Shown: in pieces, positions 20,608 through 29,937 of the stretch
Layout of the letters: the number at the start of each line of letters is the position of its first letter
Numbering within the stretch: the stretch's first letter is position 1
Source of the DNA: Enterococcus cecorum
GTDB lineage: Bacteria; Bacillota; Bacilli; Lactobacillales; Enterococcaceae
Assembly: GCF_052119425.1 (NCBI RefSeq)
Contig: NZ_JBQKFH010000011.1
Span: 3,155-67,154, forward strand
DNA length: 64,000 nucleotides
Reading direction: 5' to 3'
Translations under genes and position numbers: made by a program
The notes under the pieces: generated by a model
What the model was told of the DNA's origin: nothing
What the model saw: the letters and a program-made list of their open reading frames with translations, nothing else
Databases searched by the model: none

Positions 20608-21543
20608 TTGAAAAAAGGTGTACTCATCATCAATCTTGGGACCCCTAAAAGCCCTGAGGTGAAAGATGTGAAAAAGTATTTAAAAAAATTTTTAAGCGAT
20701 CCACGAGTAATTCAAATGCCGCGTTGGTTTTGGTTGCCGCTTTTAAATGGTATTATTTTACAGACGCGTCCCAAAAAATCAGCACAATTATATCAACAAA
20801 TTTATACAGACCAGGGGTTTCCATTGCTTCATTATACGCAAGCACAAAAAGAACACTTAGCGCAACTCTTACCTAATTATGAGGTCGGGTTTGCTATGAG
20901 TTATAGCGATCCAAGTATTGAAGACGCCCTAGATGCCATGTTAGCCAAAAAGGTAACGGATTTGACGATTGTACCGATGTATCCACAATATTCTGGTACC
21001 ACAGTCGGTTCGGTATTTGATAGCGTGATGAATTATTTTAAAGGGAGCGATAAAATTGTTACTACGCGATTTATTCGTTCTTATTATGACCATCCCGATT
21101 ATATTCAGTACTTTGCTGAAAAAATCAAAAACTTCCTGACCCATCATCAGGTGGATGCCATTTTGTTTTCTTACCATGGCTTACCTGAAAGCTATGTACA
21201 AAAAGGGGACACCTATCCAGATGAATGTCATAGCACCACGCAAGAAATCATGGCAAAAGTCGGTCCTATTCAGTATTTTGAAAGTTTCCAATCCAAATTT
21301 GGTCCCGGAAAATGGCTCACTCCGGCTACTGATGCCCTGATGAAAGAACTACCGACACAAGGAATCAAAAATCTCTTAGTCGTAGCGCCGGGATTTGTCG
21401 TGGACTGTCTGGAAACCATTGAAGAACTTGAAGAAGAAAATAAGGCGTACTTTTTACAAGCTGGCGGCCAACATTTTTACTATTTGCCACCCTTTAATGC
21501 CGATTCTGATTTCGCCCAATTAGTAGTGAAATTACTATCCTAG
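20608..21543 (+). CDS. hemH: Ferrochelatase (HemH/CpfC)
   Basis: GVLIINLGTP...FLSDPRV N-terminus and conserved His/Glu regions. Start re-called at the TTG at 20608 (AAAGGTG SD, giving MKKGVLIINLGTP); the ORF-track ATG at 20572 has no SD and lies 18 nt after an extended -10 TGCTATAAT. Confidence 0.8.
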   Translation: MKKGVLIINLGTPKSPEVKDVKKYLKKFLSDPRVIQMPRWFWLPLLNGIILQTRPKKSAQLYQQIYTDQGFPLLHYTQAQKEHLAQLLPNYEVGFAMSYSDPSIEDALDAMLAKKVTDLTIVPMYPQYSGTTVGSVFDSVMNYFKGSDKIVTTRFIRSYYDHPDYIQYFAEKIKNFLTHHQVDAILFSYHGLPESYVQKGDTYPDECHSTTQEIMAKVGPIQYFESFQSKFGPGKWLTPATDALMKELPTQGIKNLLVVAPGFVVDCLETIEELEEENKAYFLQAGGQHFYYLPPFNADSDFAQLVVKLLS

Positions 21544-21589
21544 CCGCCCTTTTCATGATATAATGAGGGTAAGAAATGGAGGCGATTTT

Positions 21590-21703
21590 ATGTGGTTAGA
21601 TGTATTAAAAATTGTCGTTGTTGTCTTCGTTTTAGGTGCGCTTGGTTTTAAGGGTCAGTTCTTGACTCGTTGGCTAAGTGACTTAACAGAAAAAAGTAAA
21701 TAA
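21590..21703 (+). CDS. Unannotated 37-aa hydrophobic small protein (MWLDVLKIVVVVFVLGALGFKGQFLTRWLSDLTEKSK)
   Basis: GGAGG SD 7 nt upstream of the ATG; a single predicted TM segment; followed by a T-rich hairpin. Below the ORF-track length cutoff. Confidence 0.4.
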   Translation: MWLDVLKIVVVVFVLGALGFKGQFLTRWLSDLTEKSK

Positions 21704-21822
21704 TCGTATAGAGAGCTGATCTAAGTGGAGTGGCTCTTTTTTTAGAATTCGCTACCAATGTTGATTTACTTTTTTCATGATGTGCTACAATTAATTATAT
21801 AAATATTCTGACAATTCAAGAG

Positions 21823-22287
21823 GTGATTGGTATGCGTCAATTTCTAAGATTCCTATTATCGATTGGTTTACTTTTTATACTTACAGGCTGCCAAAGTACT
21901 GCCAGTAAATCTGCTGAAACTCATGAAAGCACCCAAAAGACAAGTTTAAGTACTGCCCTGAGTAATTCGACAACAACCAGTACGCAACAGGCTACCACGC
22001 AAACACTCAGCAAAACGTATCAAAGTCTAAGTGATATTCCTAAAACCTTAACAGAGGAAAAGCAAACGTGGCAATTATTATCCGTTGACGTAAAAAACGA
22101 GAGTCAGCTAGAAGCCACCTTCATTCCTGAAACTGATCACACGCAAGCAAAAGACGAATGGACCGAAAAATACACGGACCTCAAAGCTATTCCTAAAACG
22201 ATTACACAAGCAAACCACAGCTATCATCTTATCAGAGTACAATTGATTGGCGAAGTATTCGAAGCAACCTTTACCAGCGAAAAATAA
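21823..22287 (+). CDS. Lipoprotein of unknown function with an internal tandem duplication
   Basis: Signal peptide with lipobox LTGC; two ~45-aa repeats of the form KxYxxLxxIPKTxT...EATF. Confidence 0.7.
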   Translation: MIGMRQFLRFLLSIGLLFILTGCQSTASKSAETHESTQKTSLSTALSNSTTTSTQQATTQTLSKTYQSLSDIPKTLTEEKQTWQLLSVDVKNESQLEATFIPETDHTQAKDEWTEKYTDLKAIPKTITQANHSYHLIRVQLIGEVFEATFTSEK

Positions 22288-22296
22288 AATATTAGC

Positions 22297-22336
22297 AAAC
22301 AGGCCAGAGATGACATGCATTCTGACCTGTTTTTTC
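22297..22336. terminator. Bidirectional terminator
   Basis: AAACAGGCCAGA...TCTGACCTGTTTttt; 12-bp stem with one mismatch. Confidence 0.55.
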
Positions 22337-23777
22337 ATTTATTTTCAAAAGTCCATGTAACACCCTCATCTTGAGAATAAAAGCTTAAGTGTTCTGTCTC
22401 GCTGGCACTTGTAGATACATGAATGACCAGTTTACCCTCTTGATAAAATGGCATAGAAAGATATTGAAAATCCTCCAATTTCAATCCATAGGTCTTTACT
22501 TTTTCTGGCATTTCTTTCAATTGATTAAAGGGAAGAAGTACCTCTGTAAATGTTTTTCCGCCATCTTTGGTCATAAATATTTGAGAATGTGTCTGTGAAG
22601 CACCTGTCACACCGATAAAACCAAAGTCACTCGTAAAAAATTCGATCCCTTCTGCCACACCAGCTACTCCAGCAAACGGATTTTCATGTATCATCTGCCA
22701 GTGCGTTCCGCTATCTTCTGTTTTTTCTAGCACATAGTATCTAGATCCGGCTGCTGCATCTGCCACTTTTAAGCGATAACCAATAGATTTCTGTTCAGGA
22801 ACAAAATAATACACACTACCATCCTGTGAATCTGTAGTCCATGTTTCGCTTTGCTGTGATTGGTTGATTATTTGCTTTTCTTGGGATTGATCGATTGAAT
22901 CTGGCGTAAGATATTTTGGATTCAGAATTAATCGTAAAGGCGAAATATCTTCACGCTGTGGAATAAATAAGGAAACGGCAAAACCTTCGACAGCTCCTCC
23001 ATTGTTGAGTTTAGCCAGTTCTTCTCTTCCTTTTTCGTCTATGGATTCCAAACCTTCTGCTGTTGTAAATTGGCGTTTCCCAGTGTAAAGAAGGCCATAT
23101 ACATCGGCATCATTTGTAACTGTCAATGGAGAAATTTTTGCCCGAATATCCACCTGATTGAACATTTGAAGTAAGGGCGCAAATGAGGCAGCTTCATCAA
23201 AAGTAGTGTTTGCCTTGCCATTCATCTGAATAATGAGCTTTTTAGATTGTGCTTCATCGTAGGAAAGCAAAAAAGTCTGAACCTTTCCCGAAGTATCGCG
23301 TCCGTATAAAAAACCATCCACCTTTGTTATGGTGCCATTCTTTTTAAACTGCACAGAAAATTCATCCAGCACATACAATGTGTCTGGTACGTTCATTTTT
23401 TTCCTGATATCCTTTAACAAACCATATACGCCATCCTGATAAAGATTACGATGGACGAATTCGACTTGCTTCTCATTTAAGAGTTGCATTATCTTCCAGG
23501 AGAGTTGCCCATGATAAGGAATCCCTGTATAAGTAATCAAGCCACCAAAAAACAGCGTAATTGCTAGAAAAGTAATCAGGCGAATCCGACTAAAAGAAGG
23601 CCAGTTTCCAAGACCTCTTAGAATCAACTTTACAAGCAAAAATACAATGAGTATCCCCAAGCAAATCAGTAAAAGAGGCAGTCTACTTCTAAGCCCTCCT
23701 TTAAAACAAATCTGGTATACTTGATAAAGAACAAACGCATACAGCAGCAAAATCAGCCAGTCAACACTTTTTTTCAT
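22335..23777 (-). CDS. Membrane-anchored protein with BNR/Asp-box (SxDxGxTW) repeats
   Basis: N-terminal TM helices; Asp-box motifs TEDSGTHW, TKDGGKTF, SQDEGVTW. Confidence 0.55.
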   Translation of the reverse strand: MKKSVDWLILLLYAFVLYQVYQICFKGGLRSRLPLLLICLGILIVFLLVKLILRGLGNWPSFSRIRLITFLAITLFFGGLITYTGIPYHGQLSWKIMQLLNEKQVEFVHRNLYQDGVYGLLKDIRKKMNVPDTLYVLDEFSVQFKKNGTITKVDGFLYGRDTSGKVQTFLLSYDEAQSKKLIIQMNGKANTTFDEAASFAPLLQMFNQVDIRAKISPLTVTNDADVYGLLYTGKRQFTTAEGLESIDEKGREELAKLNNGGAVEGFAVSLFIPQREDISPLRLILNPKYLTPDSIDQSQEKQIINQSQQSETWTTDSQDGSVYYFVPEQKSIGYRLKVADAAAGSRYYVLEKTEDSGTHWQMIHENPFAGVAGVAEGIEFFTSDFGFIGVTGASQTHSQIFMTKDGGKTFTEVLLPFNQLKEMPEKVKTYGLKLEDFQYLSMPFYQEGKLVIHVSTSASETEHLSFYSQDEGVTWTFENK

Positions 23778-24071
23778 AAATAAATACTCCTTGAAATCAA
23801 CGAATTCACCATAACATCAGATTATTTTCAGATTTAAACTAAATTAGACACAATAATAAGCAAAATAATCTTTACTTAACTATTGTACAATGAAATAGAC
23901 TGTATAGACTACTCCTAATATTTCTGCATTATTATCTTAACCTTATCTGACAAAGTTCCTATAAGAATTTTGTTGAAAGGTTCATCCAGAAGTTTGATAG
24001 TTTTGTGAACAAATGATTACGCACCATCTTGAGACTGCCTTAAAAGAACGGTGCGACCGAATCATTGAACT

Positions 24072-24118
24072 ATAAAATAAGCCCTTATCTCTGACTTTAC
24101 TTCAAAGATAAGGGCTTA
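24072..24118 (-). terminator. Terminator for the VanZ-like gene
   Basis: Perfect 12-bp stem AAGCCCTTATCT/AGATAAGGGCTT. Confidence 0.55.
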
Positions 24119-24125
24119 AAGTTTG

Positions 24126-24623
24126 CTATCTTTTCTTCCATGCACGAAACAACAATACAATTACTACGGCACATAAAGCTCCAGCACCATCTAGCATCAC
24201 ATCTTGGAATAATGGTGTCCGTCCACCGGTTAACATTTGGTGAAACTCATCGCTGGCCGCATAACCCAAAGCCGCAAAAACACTAACCGGGGCACACAGC
24301 CAAGCAAGATTTAATTTCGCGCTTAATCCTAAAAATAAACTTCCACCTAAAATAAAGTAAGTGGTAAAGTGAGCAGCTTTGCGAATAAAAAATTCCACAA
24401 AATGAAAATAACCCGAATGTGCAATACTCACGGTTGAACCGGCATAATCAAAAGAAATCTTACTCAACCAGTCACGTAGCGGCTCGTCTTTTAATAGTTT
24501 GGTCAGCAAAGATATTTGAGATTGTTGCTCATAAGTTTGCGATGAACTGTAAAATAAGATTGCCATCATGATTAACGTAACAATAAGATAAAAGTTCCCA
24601 TTTTTTCTAGATTGTTTAAACAT
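24126..24623 (-). CDS. VanZ-like family membrane protein
   Basis: About 165 aa, 4 predicted TM segments, family-like sequence features. Function unknown. Confidence 0.5.
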   Translation of the reverse strand: MFKQSRKNGNFYLIVTLIMMAILFYSSSQTYEQQSQISLLTKLLKDEPLRDWLSKISFDYAGSTVSIAHSGYFHFVEFFIRKAAHFTTYFILGGSLFLGLSAKLNLAWLCAPVSVFAALGYAASDEFHQMLTGGRTPLFQDVMLDGAGALCAVVIVLLFRAWKKR

Positions 24624-24734
24624 TTTTGTCCTCTACTTATGTCATTATTATGAAGAAATACTTGACCTACTTCTTTTCTTTTTATAGCTTAACACGAATG
24701 ACAACTTTTGAATAGTCGATATCTTTTGAAGTAG

Positions 24735-24799
24735 AGCGGACTTTCCCGACGTTCCGGACAACCTTATCCGCTCGTGGCTGAGCAAGTCGCTTCACAACC
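24735..24799. repeat. Partial EFAR-like repeat, copy C
   Basis: cggactttcccgacgttccggacaaccttatccgctcgtggctgagcaagtcgcttcacaacc, ending one base before the stop codon of the next gene. Confidence 0.55.
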
Positions 24800-24800
24800 T

Positions 24801-25346
24801 TTATTCATATTTTGCGCGTGGGCCGCCGATGTATTTTGGTCGGCTATAAAGGGCAGTTACATGTGCACCGCCAAGTTCGCGGATACTTGGGCGAATCGGT
24901 ACTTGGACGTGTTTGATATGCATGCCAATTGAGGTATCTCCTAAATCGATTCCTGCTTTGGCCACGAGATGCTCCACTTCGACTGGTTCGGTAAAATAGC
25001 GAAAAGCAGCCACACTACAAGCCCCACCTGCATGTAACTGAGGGACAACGGCAACTTCTTCTAGATTGTAACGTTCTTGCGCGGCTCTTTCCACAACCAG
25101 GGCACGATTTAAATGCTCACACCCTTGGACTGCTAGAAAAATTTGCTGCTCTGACAAAATCGCAAGCAAAGTTTCAACGACCCATTCTCCAATCTCTTGA
25201 CTCGAATTTTTGCCAATCACGCCACCAGCAATTTCACTAGTGGAACAACCCAAGACAAAAATATCCCCGGCTTTTAGCTGTGCTTTAGCCAAAACCTCTC
25301 GCGTAATCGTTGTTAACTCACGGATTAATCGTTCTTTTTCAATCAT
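24801..25346 (-). CDS. Conserved hypothetical protein (TIGR01440/DUF436-like, UPF0340)
   Basis: 181 aa; [24 protein letters not shown] resembles the YwlG-type family. Confidence 0.45.
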   Translation of the reverse strand: MIEKERLIRELTTITREVLAKAQLKAGDIFVLGCSTSEIAGGVIGKNSSQEIGEWVVETLLAILSEQQIFLAVQGCEHLNRALVVERAAQERYNLEEVAVVPQLHAGGACSVAAFRYFTEPVEVEHLVAKAGIDLGDTSIGMHIKHVQVPIRPSIRELGGAHVTALYSRPKYIGGPRAKYE

Positions 25347-25853
25347 TTACTTTACCCCCAGATGTAGCATTTTCTTACTGCGCGAAATAGCTCCATAGCT
25401 TAAATAGGTCACACCCATTCCAAATGCCGTCTGAACGATATTTCCTGGAATCGAGGCAATCCCTGCTGGCCATGTATAAAGCAGACTGGTCGCAAAAAAA
25501 TAACCAACAACCATCCACACACTAGCTAAAAGTAAACTCCAAACTTTGGCAAAGGGTAGACCACTATGAAAGAGTTGACCGGCAATATATCCTTGAAGTC
25601 CATGAATTACAAAAGAAAAAATCATCCACTGTGGATATCCTGATAATAAGTCAATGAGCCCGCCACTTAAACTACCCACAATCAAACCACCTGTGCCACC
25701 AAATAAACAAGCACTCAAATAAATACCCACTTCACACAATGTCACAATTCCTTTTGTCGCAGGTATTGGAATAATCACCATCATTGATAAGGCGACGGTC
25801 AAAGCTGTCATCATCGCCAATTGTGCTAATCTTTTTACTTTCATTTTCTTCAC
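25347..25853 (-). CDS. ECF transporter S component (HmpT/ThiW/PdxU-like substrate-capture subunit)
   Basis: 168 aa with about 5 TM segments; immediately downstream of a ThiD-family kinase gene. Confidence 0.55.
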   Translation of the reverse strand: MKKMKVKRLAQLAMMTALTVALSMMVIIPIPATKGIVTLCEVGIYLSACLFGGTGGLIVGSLSGGLIDLLSGYPQWMIFSFVIHGLQGYIAGQLFHSGLPFAKVWSLLLASVWMVVGYFFATSLLYTWPAGIASIPGNIVQTAFGMGVTYLSYGAISRSKKMLHLGVK

Positions 25854-26651
25854 CTAATTTCCTTTTATTTGCGGCCAAACATTGCCACTTTCCTCTGTGA
25901 CAAAAAATCCAGCTTGAATGGCCTGATACACATATTTTTTAGCTTCCTGACTGGCTCCAAGAAGTGAATGATTTTGTGCCAATGCCCCACACAACGCACT
26001 GGATAAACAGCAACCCGCACCATTGATTGTCGCCTGCTTGATTTTGGGTGCCTGTAAAACATGAACCACATCATCCAAAACCAAAAAGTCCACTGCTTGA
26101 TTGCCTGACAAACGCGCGCCAACTTTCAAGTAAACCGCACACTGAAACCGCGCTTGCAAACTTTGGGCCAAATTCTGCACGCTAGCCAGGTCATCGGGAA
26201 TCTTTTCTCCCAATAATAAACAAGCTTCTGGCAAATTCGGCGTAAGGATGGTCGCAATTGCCAATAAGGGTTGTAAAGCAGCAAGATAGTCTTGATTCGC
26301 TTGCTGAGAAGTTTCCTTAAAAGCCAATACCGGATCAATGACTATCGGAATTTTTCCAATAAACGGCTGACAAAATTGATAAACTGCTTTTATTTGTTCA
26401 GGATTTGCTAGCAGTCCAATCTTAATGCCCGCCAATCGATTTTGAAAATTTTGCGCAATCGTAGCCAGTTGCATCTCAAAGGTTGCAATGTCCATTTCGT
26501 GAAAAACAAATTCTCCTTGCTCTATACCAGCCACTAGACTAATCACGCTCAACGAAAAGAAACCATAATGCTCCATCGTTTTCATATCTGTACCAATACC
26601 GCCACCGCCGAGCACATCTAGCCCGCCAATGGTTAATAAACATCGCTTCAT
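25854..26651 (-). CDS. ThiD/PdxK-family hydroxymethylpyrimidine (phosphate)/pyridoxal kinase
   Basis: LTIGGLDVLGGGGIGTD and GAGCCLSSAL motifs of the ribokinase-like ThiD family. Confidence 0.75.
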   Translation of the reverse strand: MKRCLLTIGGLDVLGGGGIGTDMKTMEHYGFFSLSVISLVAGIEQGEFVFHEMDIATFEMQLATIAQNFQNRLAGIKIGLLANPEQIKAVYQFCQPFIGKIPIVIDPVLAFKETSQQANQDYLAALQPLLAIATILTPNLPEACLLLGEKIPDDLASVQNLAQSLQARFQCAVYLKVGARLSGNQAVDFLVLDDVVHVLQAPKIKQATINGAGCCLSSALCGALAQNHSLLGASQEAKKYVYQAIQAGFFVTEESGNVWPQIKGN

Positions 26652-26837
26652 CCATACACCTCACTTCTTTTCTTTTATTATACCGATTTTTGATGATTCC
26701 CCTACAACCAATTGGACGAAAATTTACCCAACCAATTTATGATTTTCAAATCAGCTAGTTCTGCTTCCCTTTTCCTAGCTTTTTCAAGAAAATAACATTA
26801 TAATGAGAATGATTTCATAATTGAAAGGATGACTGAA

Positions 26838-28622
26838 ATGAAGTATGCAATCAACTGGGATTTAGAATCAATTTTTGCTGGCGGAAGTAGTTCTGAAAGC
26901 TTGCAACAAGAATTACAAGAAATCAGCACAAAAATAAAAGAATTCCACCAATTAGTCGACGCTTTTACACCAAATACTGAAAATCAAGTAGAAGCATTGA
27001 CCGATATTTTAGCAGTTCACGAAGAAATTCAAAAAAGCTTTACTGAATGTGGCTCATTTATCGAAGCTTTGAACTCTGCAAATATCCACGACCAACAAGC
27101 CAAATTATTAACTGGTCAACTTTACAGCAATCTTCCTGCTTTTCAACTAGCCACAACAATTTTAAATAAGAAATTTGCTAGCTACAGCGAAGAAGATTGG
27201 CAAAACTTAATGACACACTTTAGTCAAATTGCTTTCCGACTATCTGAAATGCGCAGAGATGGCCAAGAATTATTAGATGAACAATCTGAAAATATTATCA
27301 ATACCTTGGCACTAGATGGTCAAAGTGCTTGGAGTCAACACTACGATACCATCGTCGCAAGTATCCAAATTCCATTTAACGGCGAAATGCTTTCAGCCGG
27401 TCAAGCCTTCAACACCATGATGTCTAGCCAAGATAAAGCGGTCCGTCAAGAATTATTCGAAAAATGGGAAAAAGCTTGGAGCGAAAAAGCAGATATTTTT
27501 GCTGACACGTTAAATCACTTGGATGGGTTCCGTTTAAATAACTACAAATTACACGGCGTACAAGATTACCTAAAACAACCTTTGGAATACAACCGTTTGG
27601 ACAAAGAAACGCTAGACATGATGTGGGGAACCATTCAAAAAAATAAACAACCAATTATCGACTTCTTGACACGTAAAGCGCAATTGTTCGGTAAGGATAA
27701 AATGGATTGGCAAGACCAAGATGCACCGATTGTTTTAGGTGATTTTGAAGAACGTCGCTATACTTTTGATCAAGCCGCAGATTTTATCGTGGAAAACTTT
27801 AAGAAATTTTCTCCTAAAATGTCTGAATTTGCGCAAATGGCCTTTGATAAAGCCTGGATTGAAGCAGAAGATCGCCCTGGTAAACGTCCTGGTGGTTATT
27901 GTACAAGTCTACCTAAGTCACAAGAATCTCGTATCTTTATGACTTATGGTGAATCAGTCAATGAAGTTTCCACTTTGGCGCACGAATTAGGACATGCTTT
28001 CCATAGCCATGTCATGTGGGATTTACCTACTTTGAACCAAGACTACGCGATGAACGTTGCTGAAACGGCAAGTACTTTTGCAGAATTAATCGTGGCAGAT
28101 GCAACCTTAAAAGAAGCCAAAACAGATGAAGAAAAAATCAATTTGCTAGATGTGAAATTACAAAATGCAATTGCAATGTTTATGAACATTCACGCACGCT
28201 TTATCTTTGAAAGCAACTTCTATGCAGCACGTCAAAAAGGCTTAGTAGCAACGGATGAAATTACACGTTTAATGGTCGAAGCACAAAAAGAAGCTTATAT
28301 CGATGGTTTAGGCAGCTATCACCCACATTTCTGGGCAGCTAAACTACACTTCTTTATTGATGAAGTACCATTTTATAACTTCCCATACACATTTGGTTAC
28401 TTATTCAGCTTAGGAATTTATGCCAAAGCTAGCCAACATGCAGATGGTTTTGAAGATCAATACATTGCGTTACTCCGCGATACAGCAAGTATGACGACGG
28501 AAGAATTAGCGAAAAAACACCTAGATACCGACTTACACCAAGCAACTTTCTGGCAAGCAGGTATCGATATGGTTCTAAAAGATATCGCAACCTTCATGGA
28601 ATTAACAGAAAAATATATCTAA
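26838..28622 (+). CDS. pepF: Oligoendopeptidase F (M3B family)
   Basis: HELGHAFH zinc motif; about 595 aa. Start re-called at MKYAINW (26838); the ATG at 26829 sits too close to the AAAGGA SD. Confidence 0.85.
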   Translation: MKYAINWDLESIFAGGSSSESLQQELQEISTKIKEFHQLVDAFTPNTENQVEALTDILAVHEEIQKSFTECGSFIEALNSANIHDQQAKLLTGQLYSNLPAFQLATTILNKKFASYSEEDWQNLMTHFSQIAFRLSEMRRDGQELLDEQSENIINTLALDGQSAWSQHYDTIVASIQIPFNGEMLSAGQAFNTMMSSQDKAVRQELFEKWEKAWSEKADIFADTLNHLDGFRLNNYKLHGVQDYLKQPLEYNRLDKETLDMMWGTIQKNKQPIIDFLTRKAQLFGKDKMDWQDQDAPIVLGDFEERRYTFDQAADFIVENFKKFSPKMSEFAQMAFDKAWIEAEDRPGKRPGGYCTSLPKSQESRIFMTYGESVNEVSTLAHELGHAFHSHVMWDLPTLNQDYAMNVAETASTFAELIVADATLKEAKTDEEKINLLDVKLQNAIAMFMNIHARFIFESNFYAARQKGLVATDEITRLMVEAQKEAYIDGLGSYHPHFWAAKLHFFIDEVPFYNFPYTFGYLFSLGIYAKASQHADGFEDQYIALLRDTASMTTEELAKKHLDTDLHQATFWQAGIDMVLKDIATFMELTEKYI

Positions 28623-28642
28623 TTTGTTACAGATTAAATGCG

Positions 28643-28681
28643 CACCCTATATCTAATCGCTATGGTATAGGGTGTGTTTTG
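28643..28681 (+). terminator. pepF terminator
   Basis: CACCCTATA...TATAGGGTG followed by TGTTTT. Confidence 0.6.
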
Positions 28682-28696
28682 GTAAGGAGGATTTTG

Positions 28697-29263
28697 ATGG
28701 AATATATTACCCCCATACTAACTACACAACGATTAATCTTACGCCCACTCAGTGTTGAAGACGCCCATGAAATGTTTCATCATTGGGCTAGTGATACTAA
28801 AGTAACAAAATACCTCACCTGGACAGCTTATCAATATGAGCATGAAGTAAAAGAGCGACTCCGATTACGGGAAAAACGCTACCAAAACAAAGAAATACTG
28901 GACTGGGGATTGGTGGTCAAAGAAACAAATACATTAATTGGCACAATCACCGTGGTTGAATATGATGAAAATATTGGCACAATGGAGATTGGTTATGCCA
29001 TTGGTCGCCCTTGGTGGCATCAAGGATATACGTCAGAAGCATTCAGCCGAGTGATTACCTACTTATTTGAACACTACCCTTGGTTAAACCGTATTGAAGC
29101 AAGTCATGACGTGAACAATCCAAATTCCGGTAAAGTAATGCAAAAATGTGGACTACAATTTGAAGGAATTCTGCGACAAAAAGGAAAAAATAACTGTGGA
29201 ATTGTTGATATTGCGATGTATGCTATCTTACGCAAAGATTATCTTTCACAAAATACTCCATAG
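28697..29263 (+). CDS. GNAT-family N-acetyltransferase (RimJ/RimL-like)
   Basis: Start re-called at MEYITPILTTQRL (28697), which has an AAGGAGG SD; GNAT core motifs (WWHQGYTSEAF). Confidence 0.75.
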   Translation: MEYITPILTTQRLILRPLSVEDAHEMFHHWASDTKVTKYLTWTAYQYEHEVKERLRLREKRYQNKEILDWGLVVKETNTLIGTITVVEYDENIGTMEIGYAIGRPWWHQGYTSEAFSRVITYLFEHYPWLNRIEASHDVNNPNSGKVMQKCGLQFEGILRQKGKNNCGIVDIAMYAILRKDYLSQNTP

Positions 29264-29376
29264 CATTGAACAAATACCCGTTGTAAAAATTCGTCCTCCC
29301 ATCTATATGTTTCTCAACGGAAGATAAACTTCTGAATTTTTTCCTGTCTGATTACACAGTTTAAGACCTCATAATG

Positions 29377-29415
29377 AAAACGCATGACTCATTCACTTTG
29401 AGTCATGCGTTTTTG
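29377..29415 (+). terminator. Terminator after the GNAT gene
   Basis: Perfect 14-bp stem AAACGCATGACTCA/TGAGTCATGCGTTT followed by TTT. Confidence 0.6.
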
Positions 29416-29419
29416 CAAC

Positions 29420-29447
29420 AAAAAAGCCCACTATAAAAGCGGGCTTT
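29420..29447 (-). terminator. Terminator for the hxlR-like gene
   Basis: A6-GCCCACtataaaaGCGGGC, read on the minus strand. Confidence 0.45.
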
Positions 29448-29451
29448 TCTC

Positions 29452-29817
29452 TTATCCTCGATTTTTTTGTTCCAGATAAGCGCGATGTTTTAAACCGAAA
29501 TAATGTAATTGGTCCAAAATAGGTGCTAATTCTTTACCATGTTCCGTCAAGCAATACTCGACTTTTGGTGGAACAGTTGGGTAAACGACACGCTTAATTA
29601 AATCTTCTGCCTCTAATTCGCGCAAATTTTTCGTCAACATTTTCTGCGTAATACCAGGAATCGCTCGTTGTAAGACTGAAAAACGTACGGTCGGATTTTT
29701 AAATATTTGCATCAGGATTTTCAATTTCCACTTACCGCTCAAGACTTCCAAACCATCTTCCACACGGCAAGTCATCACATTAAGCGTCTTAGGATTTGCG
29801 ATTGTTTCTTCGTTCAT
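29452..29817 (-). CDS. HxlR-family transcriptional regulator
   Basis: 121 aa winged HTH; CRVEDGLEVLSGKWKLKIL matches the HxlR signature; divergent from the oxidoreductase gene. Confidence 0.8.
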   Translation of the reverse strand: MNEETIANPKTLNVMTCRVEDGLEVLSGKWKLKILMQIFKNPTVRFSVLQRAIPGITQKMLTKNLRELEAEDLIKRVVYPTVPPKVEYCLTEHGKELAPILDQLHYFGLKHRAYLEQKNRG

Positions 29818-29937
29818 AGGCCATTCCTTCCAATAGTATCTTTTTGGTAACTAGGGCAATAAAAAGTGCCTACTTCTCAAATGCTTTTTGATGTTCTATA
29901 GTGATTATACGAAAAAGAAAAGAAAAGAGGAAATAAA

